A DNA stretch of 64,000 bases from contig CAVVUN010000012.1 in assembly GCA_963751455.1 (NCBI GenBank), forward strand, positions 416,001 through 480,000. The letters run 5' to 3'. Position numbers and translations under genes: made by a program. This DNA comes from Nitrospirota bacterium (GTDB lineage Bacteria; Nitrospirota; UBA9217). The notes beneath the pieces were generated by a model. That model worked only from the letters and a program-made list of their open reading frames with translations, was not told the origin of the DNA and made no database searches. Below are positions 11,865 to 24,400 of the stretch, piece by piece; position 1 is the first letter of the stretch, and every line of letters starts with the position of its first letter.

Positions 11865-12359
11865 TTACTTTATCTCCGCTGTTAATTCCGCGGTAAGTCC
11901 GCTTATTACGTTCCCGCCCACGTCCGATGCTGAGAAATTAACAAGGCTGAAATCAGTACTTTTCGGCGAATGCCCTTCAGCGATATTTCCGTTCACCGAG
12001 CAAAACTGTCCGGTCGAGAACCCGTTCCCAGTCGCGACCAGGACCCGGACTCTTCCGGGTATACTGCTTGTGGCCGCAGTATAGACGGCAGTGATCGTGG
12101 CATATGAAGCAATGTCCGAAAGCGTTATGACATTGCTGTCAATGTAAGGAGGATTCGTGCTTTTGAGCGTTACTCCCGAAGCAAGATTCACGGTCACGTC
12201 AATGCCGTAGATGGTTGTATCGGTTCCGGAGGTTATCAGTTTCAATGTTGCCTTGGTCATCACAGCCGGCGTGCCGGCCCCGGTTCCTCCGTTGCCGCAA
12301 GCGGAGAGGGCTGACATAAGGACAAAAAATATAGTTATGAGTTGCGCGATTTTTTTCAC
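11865..12359 (-). CDS. Lipoprotein with a putative cohesin-like beta-sandwich
   Basis: GTG start at 12359 after GGAGG; lipobox LSAC then Gly/Thr linker; alternating beta strands IYGIDVTVNL, GRVRVLV, GQFCSV, FSASDVGGNVI resemble cohesin strands; directly downstream of a dockerin-tailed gene. Confidence 0.6.
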   Translation of the reverse strand: MKKIAQLITIFFVLMSALSACGNGGTGAGTPAVMTKATLKLITSGTDTTIYGIDVTVNLASGVTLKSTNPPYIDSNVITLSDIASYATITAVYTAATSSIPGRVRVLVATGNGFSTGQFCSVNGNIAEGHSPKSTDFSLVNFSASDVGGNVISGLTAELTAEIK

Positions 12360-12409
12360 ATAACCCTCCGTTTGTTCAAATAATTGATATTCTGATGCTG
12401 ATCCCTGTC

Positions 12410-15400
12410 TCACCAACTCCCCAGCCCCACTGCTTTCCTCAATATCACCACCACGTCGCCGATATCGATCTTGCCGTCAGGAGTCGGCGTATTGTTCACA
12501 ATCGGCGCAACGTCTCCGCGTGACTGTTCACTTGCGGATGCCGTGTCGATCCCCGCGGCTATCCTGAGCGCTTTGAGCGCGTCAGCCACATCCACGTCAC
12601 CGTCTGCGTCGAGATCCCCGAGTTTAATATAGATGATGTTTCTGGTAACGCTGCTCGTGTTTCCTGCTTCGTCCGTGGCCGTTACGTTAATCGTATATGC
12701 ACCTTCTGCAGGCAAAACGATTGTCTGGCTGAAAGTTCCTGCTGTGACTGTCGGTGTATATGTTGCTGTTCCTATGCTGACCAGGACCGCCGAGGTAGTC
12801 AGAGTATCCGAAACCGTACCCGTTATCGTCACTGTCGGCGCAGTCACGATTGTATCCTGCGCCGGAATGGTCACCGCAAGGCTGGGAGCAGCCGGGTCGT
12901 AGATGACTGTGCGCTTGCCGGATGACGTGTTTCCTGCCGGGTCGGTTGCCGTAATATCGATGGTGTTCATGCCTGGTGCGAGATTCACGTCCGCGCTGAA
13001 GCCGTTCGCTGTCATGGCTGCGGTGATAGTCGTGGTGCCGTCACATATCAGCACGCTCTGCACCGCCTCATCGACCGTGCCGGTGACCGAGGACACGAGC
13101 TGGTTCGTGAAGCTGTTGTCAGCAGGAGAGGTGATCGTAAGGCCCGGCGCTGATTGATCGAGCGTGATAACGCGAGAATCGGTTGCGGTGTTCCCCGCAA
13201 GGTCCGTGGCCATTGTGGTGATGGTGTTCGAGCCAGGATTGAGTGTTACGAAAAGGCTGAAGCTGTTATCGGGCTGAACCGTGACGCTCTGGCCGCTCAC
13301 CACAAGACCCTGGATGCCGCCGCTGTCAATGGCCGTGCCCGAGATATTCAGAGTCTGGCTTTTCGTGACGCTCGCGTCTGCAAGAGTGGAGAGTGTGAGA
13401 ACCGGCGCGGTTAGATCTATGATCCAGCTCGCTGTTGTAGCCGCTTGTTCGGGCTGCCAGTTGCCGGCAGCGTCCTTGCCGATTACGGATACGCTGTGGC
13501 TGCCCTCCGCTAACCCGATGGAACTAAAGGCGATTGCCGTCGAAGTCTCGGCAGAGTAGTTTCCATTATCGAATGCGTACCGGTATGACACGACATTGGT
13601 CCCGTTGACCGTAAGCACTACAGTCGTTTGATTTGTCACTGCCTGAGGTACGCCGGAAAGGGTCGCTGTCGCTGCAACGGTGTCAAGGACGATGACCGCG
13701 GTCGCGTTTGTCTGGTTTCCCGCAGTGTCGATTGCAATGGCTGTGATGCTGTTGCTCCCTTCGGTCATGTTTGTAATGTCAGCCTGCCAGGTCGTTGCTG
13801 TGGGATAGGACACAATCCCGACAGCCGCCGTGGGACAGGTCACGGAGATTGTCGCCCCTTGTTCCATAGTCCCACTCATGGTCTGGCTGTTTTCGTTTGT
13901 GGGCGAAGCGACGGTGTTCACCGTGACTGTGGGAGCGGTCGAATCGAAAATGATGTTCCTCGTTGCTGTCATGGAGTTCCCTGCCTGATCTGTGGCCGTG
14001 ACCGTGATCGTATTTGTCCCTGGCGTCATATTCGTAATGTCAACCTGCCATGTGGTCGCCGTGGGATTGCTCACAAAGCCGACGGAAGCCGTGGAGCAGG
14101 TAATAAGCATGCTGACAGCGGCCGTGTCGCTGATTGTTCCGCTCACCGTGAAGCTCGCTTGGCTGGTTCTCGTATCCTGGTTCGGACTTGTGATGGCAAG
14201 CGCCGGGCTTACGTTATCATACGTTACCGTCCGCTTCACGCTTGTGGTATTGCCGGCAAGGTCCGTTACCGTGATATCGAGCGTATTGATTCCGTCGATC
14301 AGCGTCGCCGTATAGGTGAAGCTTGTACCGGTCATGATTGCGTAGGCCGGACTGCCGGTGTTGACTGCGATGCTGACTGTCGTGTTCTCTTCAACGGTAC
14401 CCGTTACCGCGGACAGCACTTCATTGGTTATGCTGCTGTCAGCAGGTCCGGTGACAAAGAGAGCCGGAGCTGTCTCATCGAGCGAAATAGTCCTCGTATC
14501 CGTGGTCGTGTTGCCTGCAGCGTCCGTTGCGATGGCTTCGATAATATTTGGTCCGGCCTGAAGAGTAATCGAATGGCTGAAGCTTCCACCTGCTCCCAGG
14601 GTTACTACCTCGGCCAGTGTCTGGTGGCGTACAACCAGGGACTGGACAGCGATATTATCCGTGACCGTACCCGTTAAATTCAGAACAGGATTGTTAGTGT
14701 AGCTGTTACGTGCCAGCGTCGAGACAGTAAGCGAAGGTATCGTCCCATCAATTATATAAACCTCAGTACTTGCCACACCGGCATTGCCTGCCATATCCAG
14801 AGCGAAAAACTTCAGTGTTGTGTCAGCTGCTATGGCGATCGGGGCCGTGTACAGGGTGGAACTGATTGTCGGGATATCCCCGTTCGCGGTGTAGTAGATG
14901 GCGCTGTCTGTTGCTGAAAGAGTGACATTCTTTGTTGTGTTGAACAATCCTCCTGAAGGAGTCGCGGTGCCGGTCGGCGCTATGGTGTCCATTATCCACG
15001 CGTACTGCGCCGGAGATTCGTCCGTATTGCCGGCCTGGTCAATTGCACGCACAAAGAAGAGATGGCTGCCTTCGGACAGGGTTGTGTAGGTCATGGGGCT
15101 TATGCAGGACGAGTAACTCCCGGTGTCCAGCCTGCACTCAAAACTCCCTGCCTCTGTTAAGGTAAACGTGAAGGTAGCTGCGGCCGAGTTGATGATACTC
15201 GCGGGCCCCGTGCTGATGGCAGTGTCCGGCCTTGTAATATCAAGAACGATTGATGCGGAGACCGCGGAGGAGAGATTCCCGGTATTGTCGGTTGCAGTGA
15301 CCGAAACCGAATTCGCTCCCGGAGTGAGCGTTGTAAGCATGGCCTGCCATGTCGTTGTTGACGGATAACTTACCGGTCCGACTGTTGCGGTGGAACAAAC

Positions 15401-18400
15401 AATGTCAACCGTGCTTCCCGGCTCCATTGTGCCCGTGATCGCCTGGGTCTCCTGGTTCGTGGGCGACGATATGGGATTAATGGTGATCGCTGACGGTGTT
15501 ATGTCATAAATAATGTTGCGCTGCACAATCGTGGTATTGTCCGCGCTGTCCGTTGCGGTCACAATGACGGCATAGGTCTTCTCTGTGCTGAAGGTAACCG
15601 TCTGCTCGAACGCTCCCGCAGTGACAGTGGGGGTGGATACTGTTCCGTCAATGTTGACCGTTACCACGATGCCGGTCATGTCCGTGACAGTTCCCTTGAG
15701 CAGATAGCTGTTCTGGTTTGCCCTGATATCCTGGTTCGGGTCCGTTATTGCCAGGGACGGACCTTGATTGTCAAACGTTACCGTTCGCTTTGCTGTTGAG
15801 GTATTTCCGGCAAGGTCCGTAGCAAGGATGTCGATGGTGTTTTCGCCGGAAGCGAGGTTAATTGTGGCGGTAAAGCTGCTTCCGATCACTTCCGCATTGA
15901 TCGTTGTGGTCCCGATTGAGACAAGCACGCTCTGCACGCTCTCGTCCACGGTGCCGGTGATAGTTGAAATAATCTCGTTGGTAATGCTGTTGTCCGCGGG
16001 AGCAGTGACCGTGAGACTCGGGGCTGCCTCATCGAGAGTGATTGTTCTCGTGTCCGTTGTCATATTGCCCGCAGCGTCAGCTGCAATAGTTTCAATAGTG
16101 TTTGCGCCGGACTGAAGCGTTATTGAATGGCTGAAGCTTCCGCCCGCTCCCGTGGTTACTACCTCCGTCAATGTCTGGCGGCTTACAAGCAAGGCCTCGA
16201 AAGCGATATCATCCGTGGCCGTACCCGTCAGGTTCAAAACCGGGTTGTTGGTGTAGCTGCCGTCCGCCAGCGTCGAGAGCATGAGCGACGGTACAACCTC
16301 GTCAAAGGTGACTATGCGGGTATCCGTTATCGAATTACCCTGAAGGTCCGTTGCGATCGTCGTAATGGTGTTCGATCCGGTCGCAAGGGTAATCACATGG
16401 ACGAAGGTGTTATCGGTGTTTACCGTAATTGTGGTCCCGCTTATGACCAGGCTCTGAAGACCGCCATTGTCCGAGACCCGTCCTTCGATGTTCGGGGTCT
16501 GATTATTCGTGATGCTGTCGCTGGCGGGAGTGGAAACCATCAGAGCGGGCGCGGTACTATCGATGAAGCTGGCCGCAACAGTGCAGTCTTCGGTAATCAG
16601 GCCGGTTGTGTATATGTCCGGACCGGTCAAGGTCCCGCTGCAACCTGAAACCAGCGCAACGCTGTAGCCGGGAGCAGCGATCACCGTGAACGAGGTCGCG
16701 GTGTTATAAGGCACGACCTGGTCCGTGCTGATACTCCCGTTCGGTCCGGCTGATGTCGAGACAGTAAAGGTGTCGATCGCGAATGCCGCTATGATCGTGT
16801 GGTCCGTTGTTACGTTGGTGAAGGTATAGCTGTTCACCGGACCGATTGGGACATCGTCCACAAGCACATCCGCTATGTGATAGTTTGCCGAAGCCGTGAT
16901 CGTATAAACGTGGTCCGAGCCATAGTTCGCGGCAAGATTCCCTGCGGGGCTTATGCCGCCGCCCGATCCCGTGGAAGCGCTGATAATGCGGGTGTCGCTC
17001 GCGAACGTCGCACTTATCGTATTAGTCGTTGTTACGTTGGTGAAGATAAAGCTGTTCACCGGACCGACCGAGAAGCCGTTTACCAGCACATCGGCAACAT
17101 GGTAGTTCGCCGAAGGCGTGATCGTAAACGCCTGGCTGCCTTCATAGTTGACCGGCACATCTCCTGCCGGGCTTATGGCTCCATTCGTTCCTGTTGAAGC
17201 AGTGATCGTGCGAGTGTCGATCGAGAATGTCGCGCTTATCGTATGGTCCGCTGTTATATCGGTGAATGTATGGCCGGCCGCCAGTCCCACCGAGACGCTG
17301 TCGACAAGAATATCCGCTACATGGTAGTTTTCGGAAGGCGTGATGGTAAACGTCTGACTCCCTCCTTTATTGACCACAACGGTCGCACCCGGGCTGATGC
17401 TGCCGCCCGGTCCGGCGGACGGCGCCAGCGCGTAGTTGTCCTCGGCGAAGACGGCACTGATCGAATGGTCCGCCTCTACCGGGTTAAAGGTGTAACTGGT
17501 CACCGGCCCCACCGGGACCCCGTCTATCAGCACCGTGCTGATGAAGTACCCGTCGCCCGGGGCGATGGTGAAGGTCCTGTTCCCTCCGTCATCGATTGAA
17601 ACAGCATCGGGAGGATCAATGCTTCCGCCGGTAGAAGCCGACGGAAGCAATGACCACGTCTGCAGACTTGCCGAGCAGGAAGCTGTGCTTCCGTCATACT
17701 GGCCGCTGCAGGACCAGGACCACGGGTGGCCGGAACCGCTCACCGGAGACGCTTCCCCCATGACACAGAGGTCATCAACCGTTTCAGCCGCCGTTAATGT
17801 CCGGCCGTGGTCCGCTCCGCAGACGCCGTTTATTGGATCGTGGGCGAAGCGTACTATAATCGTATGGTTGGCTGAAACCGTTTCAAAGATGTAATGGTAC
17901 AGGCCCTTTTGACACGCCGTCGATCAGCACATCCGCCACGTGGTATCCCGGATCAGGCGAGAAGCAAACGGCGGAGAGAGCGCTCGGCCATCCACCACGA
18001 CAATGCCTGCCGGGGAGAGCGCTTCCTCCGCCGTCGACGCTCGCATTCAAGCACGATAAGTCCACTGGATCGATTTGCTCACGGATTCAATCATTCCCGC
18101 AGTGTTTTCCCCGGGCCTTGAGATAGAAACTGTTCCCGACGAGGAACTGATAATGCCCGTCGGTCCGCAGCCAGCTCCCATGCTCCGCCCGGGTGCGGCA
18201 GTTTAAACCCGGGGCCAAGGGGTGACCAGGCAGCGCCAGCATAAGAGAACCACACTTCGGAGATTTCCGGAGCTGTGCCGCTTCTCATCCAGGTGATCTT
18301 TTGCCGTTAACGGTGACCGACAGGCGCTGCTCCGCCGGAGAGGTGGCGTGCACGCGCGCGATCCGGCCCCTGGACATCCCGCCGATAGATGTGAAAGCGC

Positions 18401-21400
18401 CTCCCACAACCGCCCTGCCGTCGGACTGGATGGCGATTGATCGGACCTCGACGGGATCACTGGCCGGGATCATAGGTCGCATCAAGAGAACCGTCCGGAT
18501 GCAGCCGGGCTATGCCGTTTCTCGTCGTCCCGCTTATGGAGGTAAATAATCCGCCCGCTATGATTTTCCCGTCCGCCTGCAGGGCCAGGGAATTAACGAT
18601 CCCACCAGCGGCGTTCGGGTTGAAACCAGTATCCAGATATCCATAGGGATAAAGCCGCGCGATGCGGTTTATTGTGTAAGTCTGGCCGCTGCACACAATA
18701 GAGGTGAAGTCCCCTCCGATGAGGATCATGCCGTCAGACTGCTTCGCAATCGTTCGGACCTCGCCTTTCACCCTTGCAAAGAAATTGGGGGCAACAGACC
18801 CGTGAAGAATCAAGACGGATAAGCCCGCCCAACGAACTGGTCGGGGAAGTGTAGAAGTTTGTTCCACCGAGAAGAATTCCGTCACTCCCAGGCGGAGACT
18901 GGGTGACTATCGAATTTATCGGTCCGGTCAGCCTCGGCTGATACGGTGGATTAATGCCATCGTTTATCCCTTCCCCAAACTGCAGCAGGGAGGAGAGATT
19001 GAAGCCCTCATCAATCCTGCCGTCATCAAAGATACGGGCAATACCCGGCCTCTGTATCCCGTTGATGGTAGAAAAATCCCCTCCAACGAGGATATTGCCG
19101 CTCATTTCAAAGGCGCCTGCCCGTACAGAAGCAATCATCGGGGGAGTGATAAAAATGTTAGGAGCCGAGAAGCCGGAAACATGGCTGCCGTCCTCATCCA
19201 ATCGGTCGATGCCTTGCCTTGCCACAAGAATTTTGCCGTCGCTCCGGACAACAGTGGCGTAAACAGGACCAGGCACGACCGGGGTTGAAAGCCGTCGTCC
19301 ACGCTCCCATTCTCATGGAAACGGGCCATGCCGTTTCTATCACGCCGGCGAGGAGGTAAACTCTCCGCCGACAATGATTTTGCCGTCCGCCTGGATGGCC
19401 GTGGAATTCACCGCCTGGTCCGCATTCGGATTGAATGCCGTCTCCATGCGTCCGTCCGGGTAGAGGCGGGCGATATATTCCTTTGACGCGCCGCCGAAGG
19501 CAGTGAAGTCTCCGCCTACGAGGACTTTCCGTCCGGCTGGACAACGAGCGCGATTCAGGACCATTCGCATTATAGTTCGGGGGCCGTCCGGTTCGAAAGT
19601 CGTATCGAAACTAGGCCGTTCTGATGCAAACAACGAGGCGATTTGTCAATATTTCTGTTCGCTGATGACCATGGAGGTAAACTCACCGGCTACGATTATT
19701 TTACCGTCCGACTGAAGGGAAACCGCCTAAACTGCTGGTATTTGACGTCGAAGGAGCATCAAGAACTGCCGGGGAGAATGTGATTCCTGACTCCCGTCCT
19801 GATTCAGCCGGACGAATGCAGCGCGCGTCTTGCCGACAAGGATCTTGCCGTCAGGCTGAAGGGTTATGGAGTAGACGCATCGGCGCTGTCGAGTGAAATC
19901 AGTATTGAAGCCGCTGTCTACGGTTCCATCCTGGTTCAGTCGGGCGAGGCGATATCTTGTCGGCCGTGACCGAAGAAAACAGCCCCCCTACCAAAATCTT
20001 GCCGTCAGGCTGGACGCGACTGCCCGGACCTCCCCATCTGCGATCGGCTCGAAACCGGTATCCAGCGAGTCATCCGTGTTCAGCCTGGCGATAAAGCGCC
20101 TCTCTTGATCTCGAACCATGTTGAACCCCCCCCGACAACGATCTTGCCGTCCGGCTGGAGGGCCAGGGTCTCACCGTCAAAAACGGGAGCAAAGGCCGTA
20201 TCCGGCGGGCCGTCCGGATTGAGCCGCATGAGGCCAACAGCTTTTAATAAGTATCTTGCCATCCGGCTGGACCGCCAGGAGGACGAGGCCCCATGGGGTC
20301 TTCGAACATAAATGTGGTATCGAGGGTCCCGTTTTGATGAAGCCGGGCCAGGCCGTTTCGACGCAGAGGCTGCCCGCTTAGGGCCCGAATGTCGCCCCGC
20401 CGACAATAATCTTCCCGTCGGGCTGGACGACGACGCCGGTCACAGCACGATCGGCCTCGGGATAAAAGCCCGTATCGATAAGCGATGCGGCCGCTTTGGG
20501 GGTAAAGGTGGCGGCGATGGTATGGCTGGCGTTGACATTATAGAAGTTGTAACGGGTCACCGGCCCCACGGAAAAACCGTCCACCCGAACATCCGCGACT
20601 TGATAACCAGGCTCCGGAATAATGCCGAAACACCATGTCTCGCCGTGGTTCACCACCATGGGATTATCTTCCTCCGGGAAAATGGACCCGCCCGCGCCTG
20701 CCGAGCGGGTCAGGGTATAGGTGTTGACGGCAAAACTCGCAATGAACGTGTGGCTGTCTTCTATGTTAGAGAACGTATGGCTGTTCACGACGCCCACGGA
20801 AGCATCATCGACCTTCACATCGGTAATGTGGTAACCTTCAGAGGGTATGATGGTAAACGTCTTATTCGACCCGTGGTTCACCGATACCTCTCCTGCCGGG
20901 CTGATCGCCCCTCCTGCCCGCTCGCTCCCTGTTGATGCGCTTATTACATACGTCTGGATCGCGGCTGAGCAGTTGGCGCTGTTGCCGCCGAAACTGCCGT
21001 TGCAGGTCCAGGTCCAGGCGTTGCTCAAAGTGGAAGCGGACCCCGCGGCGCAAAGCTCCGTGGGAGGCGACGTCAAGCCGGTCCTGCCGTGGTCCGTCCC
21101 GCACGCGCCGGTGACGAGACTGCCGAAGGCGGCCGTGATCGTGTGGTTGGTGACAACGTTGCTGAAGGTGTAACTGGTCGCCGTCCCTGCAGACACTGCC
21201 GAAGTCACGCCGTCAACATGCACTTCCGCGCCATATCCGGCATCAGGTGTGATGGTAAACGTCTGGTCCTTTCCCCTTTCGACGACGACCGTCCCGGCCG
21301 GACTGATCACACCGTTCGCGCCCGCGGAAGCATTCAGAGTATAGGGAACCAGGAAAATATTCCGCACGGATTCCAGCACGGAGTCGCCGGCATTGTTGAT

Positions 21401-24400
21401 GCCCCCGTAAGTCCTCCCCAGCGCCTTGATGTAGTAATTGGCGTTTGCGGGAAGGCTCAAGCCGCTCGCGAGTTCCCAACCGCCCGTCATCCTCGTCCCG
21501 TTCCCGAGGCTGGTCCATTCAGCCGAGTTCGCAGAGCCATAGAACACCACTCCGTGAACTTCCGGACCGGCGCCGCTTCTCGTCCAGGTTATCCGGCTGC
21601 CGCTTGCATCGGCTGAAAGATTTTGCGATTCCGCTTCACTATTGGCAAGACGGACCGCATACTGCTGGGCCTGACCGCCCACAAAGGTGAAAGCCCCGCC
21701 GGCAATGACTTTTCCGCCCTGCTGCACTGCAACGGAGTAGATGGTATTGTCCGCATCGAGATCAAAGGCATTATCGAGCGAGCCGTCACTGTTGAACCGG
21801 GCAAGCCGGTACCTGAGCTGCCCGCCCATGGAAATGAAGGCTCCTCCAACCATGATCCTGCCGTCGGTCCGGATGGCGATGGAGTAGACCACGTCATCGG
21901 CGTTCGGGTTGAAATCCGGGTCGAGGGTCCCATCACTGTTCAGTCGGGCGAGGCGATTTCTCGTGACCCCGTTAATCGTCGTGAAAGCACCTCCCAGCAG
22001 GATCTTCCCGTCCGGTAGAACGGCGATGACATGGACGGTCCCGTTTATGCCTGGAGCCAGGGTGTCGAGGGACCCGTCGGGATTCAGGCGGGCGAGACGA
22101 TTTCTTGCTTCTCCGCCAATTTCCGTGAAATCGCCCCCCACAAGGATGTTTCCGTCGGTCTGGACCGCGACGCTATAGACAGTACCGTTCACGCCGGGAT
22201 TAAACGCATCATCAACAGTCCCATCCTCATTCAGGCGGGCGAAGCGATTTCTTGTCGTCCGGCTCTCGATGCCCTGATGATTGACGACCTGATACGTGCT
22301 GAAGTAAGTAAACTCTCCTCCCACCAGGATCTTACCGTTCGTCTGAGCGGTCACGCTATGGACAATGCCGTTCACGCTGGGAGCAAAGGGGACATCCATG
22401 GACAAGTCGGAATTCAGGCGGGCGAGACGGTTCCTGGGGTGATAGCCTATCTTGGTGAACTCCCCTCCCAGCACTATCTTTCCATTCGCCTGGATTGACA
22501 TGGACCGGACCGGGCCATTCGCCTCGGGTCTTATGCCAAGTTCGGGGGTTCCATCCTGGCCGAGCCGTACCAACCGGGAATAGCTGGACCCACCCACGGA
22601 AGTAAAAGTTCCTCCCATCAGGATCTTCCATCCGCCTGGACAACAGTTGAGTAGACCTTGCCGTTCGCATTCCGGGCAAAGGCCGCATCAGGTGCTTCAA
22701 CAGGTCCCATCCGGGTTGTAGCGGGTGACCTTGTCCCTTCTGCCAACCAGGATACTGCCGTCCTGCTGGATAGCCAGAGAATAAGCGCTATCGTCGTTCG
22801 TGAAGGAAGTGAAGGATCGATCGAGCCTTCCGTCCGGGTGAAGGCGGGCAGTACGCATCCTCTCGGCCCCATTGACCGAGCTGAACCTCCCGCCGATCAG
22901 GATCCTGCCGTCCGGCTGGAGGACCGTGCAGGAGACATTGTCGTTCAGCTGCACTCCAAAATCTCCATCGATAGAGCCATTCGTATTAAGACGGGCGATA
23001 TACCAGTTCCCGCTGCTGCCGATGTTTCGGAAATCTCCTCCGACAATGATTTTACCATCAGGCTGGATGGTTATCGTACGGACAATACCGTGTCCATCGA
23101 GATCGAATGCGGCGTCGATGGTCCCATCCTGATTCAGGCGGGCAATGTTGTTCCTCGTTTGTGCGCCAACCGAGGTAAAGCTGCCGCCGGCGATGATTTT
23201 TCCGTCGGGCTGGATGGCTACGGCATGGACAGTGCCGTTCATGTTCGGATTGAATTCCGCATCCAGGGTGCCGTTCTTATTCAGCCTGGCAAGGCGGTTC
23301 CTCGTTTGCCCGTCGACGGAGGTGAAGCTCCCGCCCACGATGATCTTTCCGTCCGGCTGGATGGCCACTGCCTGGACCCGGTATCTGGCGTCAGGTCTGT
23401 AGAAGGTGGAATCCACGGTACCGTTCCCGTTGAGCCGTGCGATGGAGTATCCGAATTCGCCGCCCAGGAAACCGAAATCTCCGCCCACAATGATCTTTCC
23501 ATCGTCGGGCTGTATGGCCAGCGCAAAAACTCCGCCGCCGTAGGCATCGGGGTTAAAGGTTGTATCCAGGGCGCCGTCAACGTTAAGACGTGCAATGTAA
23601 TTCCTGGACTGTGCGCTCACGGAGGTAAAATTCCCTCCCATGACGATTTTCCCGTCGGCCTGAATGGCCATGGCGTTGATGAAACCATTTGTCGCAACCT
23701 GGCTGAAGCCGGCGCCGGTGACGGCATTAGTCGGATTCGGCGCGAACCGGACGGTTATGTCGTGCTTTTCCGTGACCACCACGGTGTAGGTGGCATGGGT
23801 TGCCAGCGCCCCGGCCAGCGCGCCCACGGGAACGCCGTTGTCCCGCAGGTCCGCAATGTGATAGCCCGCATCAGGGGTTATGGTATAGATCACTGTCTGC
23901 CCGTGATCGATGAAAACAGGTTCGTCGGGACTGATGCTGCCGTGCGTGGGCGACCCGGCTGAATAGAGAGTGGACGCATTAAGCGTGTAGGTGTTGAGCT
24001 CAAAACGGGCGGTGATCGTCTGGCTGGTAGCTATGTTGCTGAAGGTATAACTGGCAGCCGATATCACGGACATGGTATTGCTGAGCGCCGTGAACACGGA
24101 ATCGCCGAGCTCGGCCATCACGGACACGACGGAAGTTGCGGTCAATCCACTGACCAGAACGTCCTTTATGTGATAGCCCGCAGCGGCCGTTATGCGGTAT
24201 GCCTGGGTCGCATCATGAATTAAAATTCTGGTCCCTTCCGGGTTGATGCTGCCGTTGGCAGCGGCGGTGGCGGTCATGTTATGGAGCGTTTGCAAAGACT
24301 CAACGAGGGACGAAGAGGCATTATTATACCCCCCGTGTGTCCTCCCTTGTGCCTTGATGTAATAGTCGGTTCCCGTTCTGGGAAGATTCTGCCCGCCAAG

